NCBI GenBank assembly: GCA_904063045.1
Contig: CAJFCJ010000052.1
Coordinates: 1 to 64,000 of the forward strand
Length of the DNA stretch: 64,000 nucleotides
Origin: Dimorphilus gyrociliatus
Lineage: Eukaryota; Animalia; Annelida
Reading direction: 5' to 3'
Shown one piece after another: positions 1-13,010 of the stretch (its first letter is position 1; every line of letters begins with the position of its first letter). The notes under the pieces were generated by a model. The model searched no databases, was not told the DNA's origin, and saw only the letters and a list, made by a program, of their open reading frames with translations. Position numbers and translations under genes: made by a program.

Positions 1-129
1 CATCTAACAGGCTGTTTATTCCATTGGAATCAAGCTGTTTACAGAAAAATTCAGGTGAAAATGAGGCTATTTTTATATAAGATGATTTACTCTACATTTT
101 TTGTTTTAATAGGAACTTGGATATTCATC

Positions 130-627
130 AGACTTTAAAAAAAAAAGAGGACAGTGGTTTGAAATGAGGCAGCTTATGGCATTACCATTTCTTCCATTTC
201 ACATAATTCCAATAGAATTTGGAAGAATTAAGGATTACCTTCATCAGTAAAAAAACTAGGTGATCTAATAAAGTACTTTGAAAGGAATTGGATGATGGAT
301 AGAATTTGGTCACCAAAGCAATGGTCAATTTATAAAAATGCTATTAGAACTAATAATGATGTGGAGGGGTTCCATAATCGGCTAAATGGCAATTTAAGAG
401 CAAATTCTTCATTCTATTTGGTAGTAGATGAATTAAAACGAGAGGCAGATCTTATCCCAGCATATCAAAGAATGCTATCAGAGAGAAAGATATTAAGATA
501 TCAAAGAAGACAATATAAAAATATGCAGAATGAAATATTTAAAATTTGGGAGAAATTTGAAGCTCATCAGATGACTTCATCACAAGTTTTGGAAAAATGT
601 TGTCAACTCTACTCAGAAATGAAATGA
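130..627 (+). mobile_element. Mutator-like (MULE) transposase, C-terminal relic (frameshifted; element extends left of the window)
   Basis: RQLMALPFLP near 170-200, then ORF 292-627 with W-x-IY-x-RTNNDVEGFHNRLN. It closely matches the MULE ORF at 49285-49851. Confidence 0.85.
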
Positions 628-672
628 AATGCATAAGATTTGTAGTTTAAAACTCATTACTGTACTTTGTAG

Positions 673-790
673 TGTTGTTGTCAACATGTTTGGTTATGTA
701 ATATCTTATCTTTTGCCTATAAAAGGGCTTGATTCTGGTAGTTCGGTACCATCTACCCTAGAGGCAACATCTACTCTACTACTTCTAGCA
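673..790. mobile_element. Fragment of LTR family A
   Basis: gttgtcaacatgttt...ggtaccatctaccctagaggcaacatctact matches about 13485-13585 and 20775-20875. Confidence 0.8.
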
Positions 791-1218
791 TCATGTGGTG
801 GGTACCATTAATATCATATCTACAATTTTTTTATTGTCATGATCTTTGACATAAGAGGTATTTGAAAGAAATTGATGAACATGGCAAAATTCTGCTTTGA
901 ATGTAGAAACAAATTTAATAAATTAAATGAAATGCATAAGATTTTTAGTTTAAAACTCAATACTGTACTTTGTATTGTGATTGTGGGAATTTTCTGCTGT
1001 ACTGATCCAAATAGAACCTCAAGTTTGTGCACAAGTTTAAGCAAATAAATGATATTTATGTGAAACCTTCAACAGAATGCCAGTATTTTATTATTTAATT
1101 CATTCACTATTTAGTTATTATTAAATGATGCATTCTATATTTATTAATACTTATTATATATTTCAATTGTCAGAAATCAATAGAAACAAAGAACAAACAC
1201 ATTATGTCTTCTACAGTT

Positions 1219-1359
1219 CTAGGCGACTTCTGTCATAGTCCTGGGCGACTTCTATCACAGTTCTGGGCGACTTCTGTCACAGCTCTGGGCGACTTCTATC
1301 AATTTCTGGGCGACTTCTGTCCTGGGCGACTTCTGCCCTGGGCGACTTCTGTTGTTCCC
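1219..1359. repeat. Subterminal tandem array (7 x CTGGGCGACTTCT) and probable right terminus of the MULE
   Basis: Seven spaced copies ending ...gacttctgttgttccc. The reverse complement GGGAACAACAGAAGTCGCCC matches the MITE TIR GGGGTCGACAGAAAACGTCC at 14 of 20 positions. Confidence 0.75.
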
Positions 1360-1619
1360 ATACAACTCTACTCAATAAATTGATCAATTTATGATATTAA
1401 ATTTTAAAGAGTATATTTTTTAAAGAGCTTTTTCAGCAAATTTCTTCTTTTGTGAATATTGATTTTGTCTCACATGAAAATAATTATCATTAACTTTCGA
1501 ATGTTTCTCATTTAGGAATTAGCTGAAAAAATCAATAAATAATATTAATAAAAAGAAACTTCCTTCAAAACTTGAACATTAAAAAATCTGTCGAAAATAT
1601 GTTTTGCAAATATACATTA

Positions 1620-3938
1620 ATGTTTTTTATAATTTTGAATATTATACTAAATATACTAAAGTTTTCATTTACACAAAATGTTCCAAGTAAAATAAATATA
1701 ATAAATATATAAATAAATATCATAATTGTTTTGTAACAAGAAAAATATTTGTTAACACAGACGGAGAATATCTTATTGATGTAGCCAGTAGAGAAAATGG
1801 AGCAACCTGTAATGCATCTGGTTCTAAAACAAATTTGGAGTATTATACTTATGACTGTGAAAATGCATTAGAACCTTTATGGATAAATTACTATGGTTGG
1901 GTTACTCCATGTTCAGACTCCTTCTGCTCAACAGAATGGATTAGCATCACTTTTAAGAAGCAGTATAATGTAATAGAGTTTTGTGTTTATCAGATAATTC
2001 ATGAAATTTCTAAAAGAATAGATAAAATTGGAATAAAAATGAATTCAAAGAAAACAATAATTGCATTAAATGATATTCTTACCTGTTTTTTACTGGAAAG
2101 AGATTTTGGTATAAATTCTACAAGTTTGAGTATAAATGTTGAAAAGATAAAAACTCCAGGATCCAATGTAGGTTTAGAAAAGCTTGCTGCCTTTGCATAT
2201 GATGAAGGTTAACTTTTTCTTTTCTCTTATGTTTTAGTAGTACTAAAAGTGTTTTGCTTTACTGCTATAAACTTTAATAATTTATCAACATTCATATTTA
2301 TTTTTGCTATAGAAATAGAAAGTTCAGCAATGAATTATGAAGACTATATCAACATTGCTCAATTGGAATCAGGAGCAACTTGTACTCAATCATCATCATA
2401 TAATGGTCTGACTTGTTCTAATGCAATTGATTGGACCTATTATCCTAGTTGGAAGGCAAGTTGTTTAACAGGTTCATTATGTTTAGGTGAATACATGGCA
2501 ATAAATTTTACAATGGCTGCACAACCAACATTTCTTTGTTTAGCAAATAGGTATTATACTTTTTTTGTTATTCAGACATCTTTTTTGACAATTTTACAGG
2601 CTTGGGAACGTTTATATAAAAACAATTAAAGTTGTATGGAATTCTGGTTATACTCAAATAATTAATTTACAAAAAGATGGATACTTACATTGTTTCAATT
2701 ATACTAATTATCCGAATATTGAATCGGGATTAACTTTGACAATTAATAATATATATTCTGGAAATAATCTCGGATTAAGAATTGTTCACGTGTTTTCAAA
2801 AAGTAGACAAAATTATTTAACTATATATATATTTTTTTGTCTTCTAATTTAAAATTTTTTTTCAAAGGAAATGTTGGAAGAGTTTATTCAGTTCAATCAG
2901 AAAATTATGTTGTCTTTTATGTCCCAAAAACATTTCAAAAAGACTTTAAAGCTTTCAAATTCAAAATTCTAGGCCAAAATAATATTCAATCTGAATGCTA
3001 TACATCATTTATAATTAGTTTTAAAAATACTATCTCTATACAATATTCTATAAAGATTGATATTAGAGAAAATAACACTGATAGTATTCTTATTATTGAA
3101 GTACTTGAACCTAATTTAGTTGTCAATAGGTTCAATTTTGAAAAGAAATTAATTAGTTGTAAAATATGGAATGAATATTGGGTAAATATTTTAAATGGTC
3201 AAATTAATTTTGGATATGGAAATGCTTATGGTTTAAATGTTTTGGCTACTGCAAAAACAAATCAATCATTGGATTTAACTGAAATTTTGTTGAAAAATAA
3301 TGAAGCCAATATGATAAATCATTTTCAAATTATAGATATAGGTTGTTAACATTTTCTTTTTACCCTCTTTGAATAGTCAAGTATTCATAACATTAAAAAT
3401 TTTCTGTCTTTCAGAAGGGCAAAAAATATCTATACAAAAGACACATCCTTGCCAATCAAAAGAATATTATGCCACAATTGATAAATCTTTTGATACATGT
3501 TCAAAAATTCCAATGAAAATTAATTTGATTGATTTACACTTTTTAAACAGTAGAAATGAAAAAATGTTTTTCAAATTTGTTACTGTATTCAGGAAGCATA
3601 GTGAAAATATTGGAAATGTTATAGTAAATTCTCTTATGCCTTTGAAACAAGAAAAGAATAATACAATATTTAAATTATGTCATTTAGAAAGTGTGATTGA
3701 TAAAACTAACTTTCTATTTTATAATTTCAAATGCTATGTTAAGAATAAACCTATCATTTTCAACAGGCTTTCAATTCATATTCAAATCAATTCAATTGAT
3801 ATTAATAATATTTCTATATGTGAATTTTTAATTAAATGAAATCAAACATTTGCTAATTTGGCTTCTTTCATTATGTTGTTTGCTAGTATTGAAATTGCTA
3901 TTATTTTTAGTTCGTGTTTCTTATTAAGGAAAAAATAA
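1620..3938 (+). CDS. Multi-exon secreted/type-I membrane protein: signal peptide, 2 discoidin/galactose-binding-like domains, FAMeT (Methyltransf_FA)-like domain, Cys domain, C-terminal TM (in-frame TGA at 3837-3839 just before the TM)
   Basis: ATG 1620 MFFIILNIILNILKFSF. GT-AG introns join the exons in frame (exon starts 1761, 2311, 2600, 2870, 3416). Repeated IA..E.GATC..S......C.NA.. motif; WNEYWVNILNGQINFGYG; TM LASFIMLFASIEIAIIFSSCFLL. Confidence 0.7.
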
Positions 3939-4289
3939 ATATATTTCACCTAATGTTTAATTGAGGTTATATAGCTTTTAAAATGGGGTCACATCATTTT
4001 TTTTTAATTCACTGATTTTTTAGATTGTTTGCCTAAAGAATACTTCTTTCTTGAAGGAGGCCACTTTACTCATTTTCCTTAACAATCAAACAGAAGAGAA
4101 TTTCCTTTGTCATTTTATTGAATTTTTTTAAATAATAAAAGCAAAACTTGGTGTGAAGTATTTTAGGCACGAGTATAGATAAACTTGTTATTTTAATTCA
4201 CAACATTAAAAGGGTTAAGGTTGAGGTTCAAAGTTCAGGCCATAATGATCAATATCAAATAATTGATTGTGTCATTTAATATCTCAAAT

Positions 4290-5458
4290 TTAATCTATGG
4301 ATAAAACTAATTCGCACACTTTCATATTATTGTTTTCATCTAGAAGATTAACATAGACTGCTTGACACATTCCATTATTGCAATTGCATTCATAATTACA
4401 TTGACTAATATTCTCAGTACGCAAATGGCAACTATAAAAATTCCCATGAAATTGTGGAGATACTACATAGTCTACATTTAAATAGATCATAGTTTTAGTC
4501 AATTTTAAGCCATTTTTGATAGGATTACATTGTAAATTCTCACCAATGATTTCAACTTTTATTGTTTTCTTAATAGAATTTATCATTCATTGGCCAAGGA
4601 ATTCTAATTTTCAAAGGTAATTTCGAGATAGTAGAACAGGTTGCCAAATGTTTATCAAACAGTTTATGATCACTTCAGAACGTTATCAAAGAATCTTGTT
4701 CATTTTGAATCATTGCTCCAATAATGCATGTACGGTTGTATTCATTGTTCAAAGCATTTAAATCTAGAATCTTTGTTTTTTTTAAAAACGTTAATAAATT
4801 TGTCCTAATTAATTAAAAGAAAAATAATCTACTTACCTGAATATCTATACCCTTTGTATGGAAAATTATTGCTCTTTGGTTCATAATTGCATTTTGAATA
4901 GCTATTTCCTTGTTATCGTATTTGAATGAAGAAGTGATTGCTGTATTTAAACCACCTATAAAACATGTAAATCTATTATCATCATATCTGTGAAAGAGTA
5001 ATCGAGAATCATGGCGGACAAGGCTGGAACAGTCTGATTTTAGCCAACAGTAAAAATTCGGATTAACAACTACTGCAACACAAGCTCTAATTGATGAACA
5101 CCAATCTGTGCACTCTTTATTTGATTTTATCAATTTACCAGATATATCGTTTCCATAACAATCACTGTTTCTTTGTCTTAGTTTATAACCAGAAATTTCA
5201 TCAGAGCTTAGAAAACATCCATAGCCAGTTTCAAAGCATAATTCAGCAGTATTACATATCTCTTTAGAATTACTGCTATCTGTAAGAAGATTCATTTAGA
5301 CATTTTTCTAGTTTTATTTTAAAACTATCATAGAAAAAAGACATCAAACCTCCAATTTTAATTCGGAAATTTGCTGAAATATCACATCTATCAGTTCTGC
5401 AGTCATGAAAGTTTAATAAAAGTAAAGCTGATAAAATTTCTAGATTCTTGGCATTCAC
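4290..5458 (-). pseudogene. Degraded secreted protein with PAN/apple domains and a Cys-rich C-terminal domain
   Basis: DCYGNDISGKLIKSNKECTDWCSSIRACVAVVVNPNFYCWLKS is PAN-like. There is a 1-nt frameshift at about 5295 and several stops in 4590-4770. Confidence 0.6.
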
Positions 5459-5677
5459 AGTTGAGATTTGTGATAGTCAGAATAAAGAAATGTATTGAAG
5501 TGATAGAAGGAGAGTGAAGAAGAAAGAGAGTGAAGAAATAGAAGAGAAAACAATTGACAATTTTAGTTATCTGCTAATTAGAGAAATTTACCTGAACAAT
5601 TTTTCTTTAATTATTCATAATTATATCTGTCTATTGTGACTAAATGAGTATTGAATATATAAATATATATATTTATA

Positions 5678-7290
5678 TGTAGTCGATGAGTCCAAGGATT
5701 TGTCTTGGCAAAGAGCCAAGATCGTTCCTTAAACATTCCTCTATATTCTTTACGTTTCCTTATTGTTATTTTTAAATATGTTAGTTTAAGACAATATCAC
5801 TTTTCCTACATCATTCACTCATGACAAAGCTACCTTTAATTATTATGCAATATTATTACTATAAACTTTAACGCGATATATAAGTAAAAGTTGGAGACTA
5901 GCGATAGCTTACAATCGTGACTCATTCGACTACTACAATAATTAAAGGTATAATAAATTTGAAATGCGGAGGAAGAGACAAATTCCAACCGAAACGGTTG
6001 CTAAATACACCAACGCTCCAAATCAGCTGGAGACCACAACTCAACTGTCCGATGTGGTCGACTCCCTTGATGAGAAATTGGAGGAGAAAAAAAAGAGGGT
6101 TCGAGGAAAGATTTTTGGAAGCAAGTACTCAAAACATAATGGAGATTAGCGCAATGGAGGATAGAATGATGACACGAATGGAGCGCATCAGCCAAATGAT
6201 AGGATCCGTTCAATCAGATTCAACTAAAGAATCATGTAAGTCACCCATCCATAATCACAAAACTGTGGAGAAGGAGATAGAGGCCTGGGAGCTGGAAAGA
6301 GCACAACGTTATTTATTGAAGTTGGTTCAAAATACCATGCCGCTGACGAAGCTTTAAAAACCCTACACACTGTCTTAGGAGGAAGATAGGATCTACATTA
6401 TTCTGGGAAGATTAGATGATTCACATGAAAAAGGAAAGATTATAGTAGGTGCTCGCCACTCTATAATTAGTAAACTAATATACCACTTGCACCATGAAAT
6501 GCATCATACCTCGCTGAGGACTATCTGGACAAATCAATCAGAATACCTACATATCCTTTATGCTACAACTGGAATTAAAACGTATTAAGATTGAAATTAT
6601 TCCTAGCAACGAACCATCAAAGAACCGTACTGAAGACCGAATTTCAAATATTCATGCCTAATGGAATTGGCCAAAATCGATTATTTCAGATTTGGCTTCA
6701 ACCTTAAAAAACCATTTAAAATTATCAATGCCCACTCTAACAGCCAGTCGAAAGTGAGAGACCTCAACTGGAAGTTTAACTCTCCTTACTCTCCCCATAA
6801 GATGACAATTATTGAAATAATCATCAGATTAATAAAGGAGATAATGATCAGAAAAAAAACATACAACTCGAATGGGATACTATTCGTCTCACCAGCCCGG
6901 CAATCGAGAATCTGATGTACTATCCTCCTGTAAGCTTCGGGATTGATGATCTAGGGGAACCAATGACGCCATCAACCTTTGATTTCATCAAGCTAAGCAA
7001 ACTGTCCATCAAGAACGGTGAATATGACCCCGCTGTTATTTCTAAAGAACGCCAAGGTTTAAATTCAAGATGTTGCACAGAGCTATTTAATAACATGCAC
7101 AAGAAAACAAAATGGTATAAAGACAAATATAAGCTAAATCTTCGACCCAACGACCTCATCCTATAACTGGACCAAAGATATATGTACAATTTCAAGTTGG
7201 GATACATCAATCACAAGATTACAGAACGTACCTTCGAGATCTACACTGCACATAGCAATATCGAGAGAGATGCAAGAGACATAATTCCCT
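5678..7290 (+). mobile_element. BEL/Pao LTR retrotransposon relic: 5' LTR (5678-~5937), gag N-terminus, large deletion, integrase
   Basis: LTR with TGTAGTCGA...TCGACTAC termini. ELERAQRYLLKLVQ, then a frameshifted LGGR..D....KGKIIVGARHSIISKLIYHLHHEMHH zinc-finger region, WKFNSPYSPH and a terminal KLGYI...TAHSNIERDARDIIP. Confidence 0.8.
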
Positions 7291-8599
7291 ATTCACCGAA
7301 TGAGTCCTAAGATATATTGTTTTTGTATTATGAAATTGCTGACAATCTCGTTTCAATTTTATTTGTAACCTCCGTTGTTTCTTTCACACTATTCTGTTGC
7401 ATTTATTCCTTATTATACTCACCTTGAGTTTTGTTTATGTCCTTTTACTGAGTGTTTGACTCTACTCGTCTATGATGCCACGTCTGCAATTTGACTTGAT
7501 TTGTGACCAAGCTCACCAACAACACCGTGAGCCCAAGTCACCCATCCAATTACTACTTGTTGGTTTACATTTCCATCATCGATTGAAATTTGGTGCTAAG
7601 CACTAGTTTTGAGATGTGTTAGTGTTAAGTCAAATATTGTTCATGTCGGGTTTCAATGGATGAGCTATGGTAAATTACTGCATTTTACTTTTAAGGGTAT
7701 CTAAGATTACAGAATTTTTTGAGATCAAATTTTATCAATAAAATAGAATAAAAATACCATAAGATGTTATGGCTAAGAAGAAAAATATTTTTGTCAGCAA
7801 ATTAGGCCTAATAAAAGTGTTAGGTAAATAACATATAAGAGATAGGAATTTGAAATATGTTTGATTCTTTTAATAAAATAATAGATTACAAATGGAAAGT
7901 AGAATAAAGATTATTACAAATTAAGGAGTAGGTCCATTTCCACTTCCGCTACTTGATTTGTAAAGTAAAAAGTATAATAACAATACTAATAATAACTAAT
8001 AATTCATTTTCATTTTTGCCCTCTACTTGCAAGTATGTCTCGATTTACGAATATTTGTAAAACATTTCTATTCCTCTATTATTGTTCATTTTTTTCTGTA
8101 ATTTAAATTAAATATGAATATCTACAGTTTAATATTTTTAACTTTTGGGATAAGTTTGATAAAAGAGAAATTAACTTCTCTTCTTTTTCGTACAAAAGAT
8201 TTTAAAAACAAAACAAAAATGACTAAGAAAATCCTAGAAAAAAACTTGCTATTCAACATCCTTTGTAAAAAAATTGAATAATATTTAGTTATCAATTTTT
8301 TTCCTTATAGATATATTTAACATCAAAAGCTATGTAAACAATTTAAGAAATTGCAATATTTGGAAGAATGAGATAAATGAATTGTTTCTTGTTAACATTT
8401 GTTATAAGTAAGATATTAAAATTGTTGTCCAATATATTTTAGGTCACGTAAAGCTAAAATGCTGTTCAACAAGCACAAAAATAGATAGAATCTTATTAAC
8501 TGGCAGTTTAATTTTGAGCACAGCGCAGTTCAGTCAAATTTTTTGTTAAAATCACTATAATGCAAAACTCCTTCTGGATGAGTGGGTGAGGACTGACTT

Positions 8600-9950
8600 A
8601 AAATTAATGTTTAAAAAAAGATTTTTAAAAAGAGTTTTTTTCTCGTCATTGTTATCAGCATGTTCAAACTTTTTCCGAATTTAGCAAATTTCTGCATCCA
8701 CCACTTTTAATTTATCATTCAGTTTCAAAATGACATTGTACAAATTTTCTCGGTTTTCATGATGTTTATTCCCATGCTCACATATAAGATTTTATTTTGT
8801 ATTGACTGCCAAGCTTCCAATAAATGTCTCTAAATTTGCGAAATAAACACTTTCATAACATTCTAAATCTCTTTTCTGCTATATTTGTAAGATTTTATTA
8901 ACAAGTTGAAAATCTTGAAATGAGAGAAGCTTTTAAAAATTACATTGAAATAGTTACCTTAAATTTGAAATCAGTAGTTTTACCATCATTTGTAAAAGTA
9001 TTCTTCCAAAAATATCTTAAATAATAAGTTTTCATAATTTATCAAATCCATCTAATCTTTCCTCACTTTCCAAAATTTGATTTGAATTTTGAACATTTGT
9101 ATTATTTCTCCAAATTTCTTCTACAACTTTTATCTTCATACACTTGCACTATTTATTGGAGTTGCCATGGTGATAGAGTAAATAGATTTTCCCTTAAACC
9201 TCAACCCTAACTGACTCAATGACAAACAATTTGGCATTAGAAAGTGTCATAACTCTCAGTTTAGTTCTAATATAGTGTAAATTTAATATAAAAGTATGTT
9301 ACGCCAAAATATAGTCTTAATTGGCTTGAATGTGAGAATATTTTTATGAATTGAATGATAAATCGGTAAAAAAAATGACCTCAAACAAATTTTATACTTT
9401 TTAAAGTTATAGAAAAAGTAGTTTGATAATTAAGTATACCTTGAACAAATTGAAATTCAATAGAAAATGACATATATCCTGGATTTAGTAATCCTAAATT
9501 TAGCTCAGTTCCAATTTCAATATCTTCATTTGTTAAATTCACCGAAATAATCTGTTTTTTTTTTAAAATTTAGTTTGCAAATTGAATTATTTTGCTTATT
9601 TAAATGCATTACAGATTCTTTGCTATTAGAAAGAGCATTGGCTATCGCGTGACCTTGACCTTTCTTACTAATTATTGCAGGAATATCATTAGATTCAATT
9701 TTGATGGGTTTTGATTTCAAGTGAAAAATTTCAATTCCGTAAGATCCAGTAGATGACAATTCAATCATATCTATGAGTTTATAGGTGACTAAAGCATTGT
9801 TATTGACCATTCTCCAAACAGAAATAAACTCTGTTTCATTGAATTTTCTAAAGAATTTAATAGATTTAATGTAACCTTTACAAGGAAAATTGATGTATGT
9901 TAAAAAGAGTTTCATTTCCACTACACAATTCATTAGATCCAATATCAACT
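8600..9950 (-). pseudogene. Degraded multi-exon extracellular-type protein of unknown family
   Basis: ORF 9526-9948 (FPCKGYIKSIKFFRK...FISVWR...YKLI) plus downstream exon-like segments with stops. Confidence 0.35.
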
Positions 9951-10214
9951 AATTTGGTAAGTAAAAATTTAAAGAATTTATCAAAAATTGCTTTCGTTTT
10001 TACTTACCAATGTAATTTGTCAGATAGAAAAAGAAAAAAAAGTGTTTTTCTGTCATAGCATTTTCCTTTCTCTGCCTTAATTATATAAAACGTCTTATTA
10101 ATCGGAAATATTTTAATTTTTAATGTATTTCTAAGCAATAATTATGAAATTGCTATGGAAACAATCAATTTTGATCAACAACACATCCAATACAAAACAA
10201 TTGGTATATAATGA

Positions 10215-11770
10215 TTGTTAAATGTGCCAACTCTCCAAGTCAACTGGAAATCACCACCCAATGAACCATCATGGTCGACTTAGCAATACTAGATGAGAAA
10301 TTGGAGGAACAGAGAAGAACATTCGAAGAATCAAATGCTCAATTTAGAGTTGAGATGACAAGAACATTCAAAGAATCGAATGCTCAGAATAGGATTGCAA
10401 TGGAACTACTCTTTCAACTGGTCAATTCCATTAAGCTCAACTCTTTTAAAGAAAATCTGTTGAATTCTGGTGATTATCCAGAAGCTGAACATTTCCCAAC
10501 TGTCAAACAATGAGTTGACAGAAGCTATTCAACTATAATCAATTAAAGGAAAAGCAAGAAAGAATGACAGTATATGAGACAACAGTACAAATTCCAGTGT
10601 ATGGTAAATCAACAAATCAGAAAAATACCACCCTCATCTACACTGGAGCAACAGTGTTCCTGATCCGCAGACAATATCTAGAAACCATATCCTGCAACTC
10701 AGTAGCTGAAAGTTGTTGCCGAATCGATATATCATACATCAATAATGAGTTACAAACAATAGCTGCAGAAAAAGTCAAAATTGCATTCCCTAAATTGGGG
10801 TGTAAATATGAAATCGACACTTACGTGGTAGATTCACTATCTACCATACCCAAACAACCCGCTATAAAAATCCACTGCTTCCAAGCAGTTGAATAGATCT
10901 ACTTACTGGACATAGCCTAAGTCAAGATAGACCACATGCCCATCTTGGTCCTATAAAACTATATACAACCAAGGACTATACCTTCATACAAAATGCTCTT
11001 GGATGGTTCAGAACTACCTCCCTTTATGATGTGACATCCCATTCGGGTATAAATGTCAATATGGTCTATGAAGAGACCAAACTGAATGTCAACCATATTG
11101 ACACAATAATTGAACTGCCCGACATGAACAACCTTGAAATAGACCCCCTCAGCTCTATTAATAACGCTTGAGCAAGTGACATCATGGCAAATTACATACA
11201 GCTGACTAAAGCACATTAGACCTTCCCTCTCCCTTTCAAATACGATCCAGATGACATCAGTGCAAGAAATAGATTTCAGACTATCCATTGGAAACCCATT
11301 TACAATTACGAATACAAGATAGGATCCCTATTCAATAATCATTATGCTCGGTGATTGTTACACAAGGAAGGTAAGTTTTACTTGCCTGATCATGGCATAT
11401 CTAATCCAAACAAGAAAACAATAAGAATAGTCTTTGACAGTGCCACAAAATACAAGGGTTATTCCCTAAATGATACACTTCTCACTTGACCTTCCTTACT
11501 GTCAAACCAAGCTCACCTCCTTACATTATGGCAAACCCAACCCTCTTTTATCCTAGCAGACATCAAACAGATGTTTATGAACATACATGTGGACACAAAA
11601 CACCAACCTTACTCCATTACTAATGTGTGGATAAATACTCAATCCACCTTGAATATCAAGCTCATTCAAGAACCTATCAAGGTCCTAGGACTCACATATA
11701 TCTCAAATTGAGATTAGATTGAAGTCAGTCTACCAAACTGAGCACCTGAACACATAACAAAATGCCTTTT
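10215..11770 (+). mobile_element. BEL/Pao gag-pol relic (gag, aspartic protease, reverse transcriptase)
   Basis: gag LDEKLEE shared with 5964; protease-like LIYTGATVFLI; RT KTIRIVFDSATKYKGYSLNDTLL...FILADIKQMFMNIHV (Pao-type RIVFDAS/SLND/ADI motifs). Confidence 0.8.
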
Positions 11771-11984
11771 TTATTCCCTCATCATTAGCTATTTAAACAT
11801 ACCAATTCATAAGAAAATTTATAAAGAAAAACATACAAATGATGAGAAGAAATTGTATAATGAGTATGATAAATATTATTTAAAACATTTTGGCATAGAT
11901 TCAGGTATGACTGATATAGAGAATGAAATTGTGCGTCTAAATATAATGACATATCAATATTTAAACTTTAGATATAAAGGTACA

Positions 11985-12140
11985 TTAGAAAGACTTCTAT
12001 TTCATAGGAATTAGAATGGTGCAACTGTAGAAATACTTCTATTTTGTAGGAATTATAATGGTGGAACTTTAGAAAGACTTTTATTTCGTGGAGTTAGCTT
12101 TTAGTACTTTAGAAAGAACTCTATTTCATAGGAAATAGAC
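11985..12140. repeat. Degenerate 42-bp tandem repeat (about 4 units)
   Basis: Units like tagaaagacttctatttcataggaattagaatggtgcaactg. Confidence 0.65.
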
Positions 12141-12399
12141 TCTGACCGTAACAGATGGTGGCTACTTGAAAATTAACCAAGGAAGAAAGAACATGGAAAA
12201 GATGCATGTCAAAGTAGTTACATCTTATTCAATACCATATGCTAAAGATGCAGGCTTAGTTTGCAGTGGCACATGTTCGCCACATGGGCCTAATCTGAAG
12301 ATTTTATTTTATATGTGTGACATAATAGTCTTTCATATTTTTCTTACTTGAGACCATCAGATTTCAACTTTGTAAGCCTTTGACCAATTGAACCCAACC

Positions 12400-12706
12400 T
12401 TTGGCAAATGTATAAGAGAAAATGCATATCCCCAGCTGGTCAGTTCAGTTCTTTAACCATTAACTTGTTGTTTAAACTTACTTGTTTAGAACTAGAAACT
12501 AATTTACTCAATACATATTCTTTAAACGAAATACTGGCATTTTGTTGCTTAATTTCTATGGAAATTATATATGTTAAGACTATTTGTGGACGAACTTGAA
12601 AGGTTCTATTTGGAATTGTACTTTAGTAAGTTGGTAGATGATTGGAAAGGATGATTACAGTTGTGACAAACCACGAATTCCTACAATTTCAATACAAAAA
12701 AGTACA
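12400..12706. mobile_element. LTR family C fragment (other copies ~19215-19513 and ~43507-43640 reverse)
   Basis: Shared block cttgtttagaactagaa...ggttctatttgga...ttacagttgtgac, ending AAAGTACA. Confidence 0.6.
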
Positions 12707-13010
12707 AAAACTATATTACTATTCAACCACTACTGGTATGCCTTAGCCCCTTAGTGGGTATAGTTTAACCAAGTTATGGTTTGACCTCCATTTGTAGACT
12801 AGACTGTACTCTTAGATTGAAACTCATTTTTTCAATACATACTCTATGAAAAATTAACTTTTCAACCCCAGAGGCCAAAAGGCAAAGTTCAAATGCCTTT
12901 TTCCTTATACAGTATAGGCAAAAAGTCCCAAGCCACCTTGTAAAATTTTTAGCTTAGATATTAAGATATACAGAATAACTACTTTTAATTGATAATAATA
13001 CTGATTAATA

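Noticed and set aside
1219-1359. Repeat-spacer-like array reminiscent of CRISPR
   Set aside because: Spacers are only 0-11 nt, the DNA is eukaryotic with no cas genes, and it is better explained as a transposon subterminal array.
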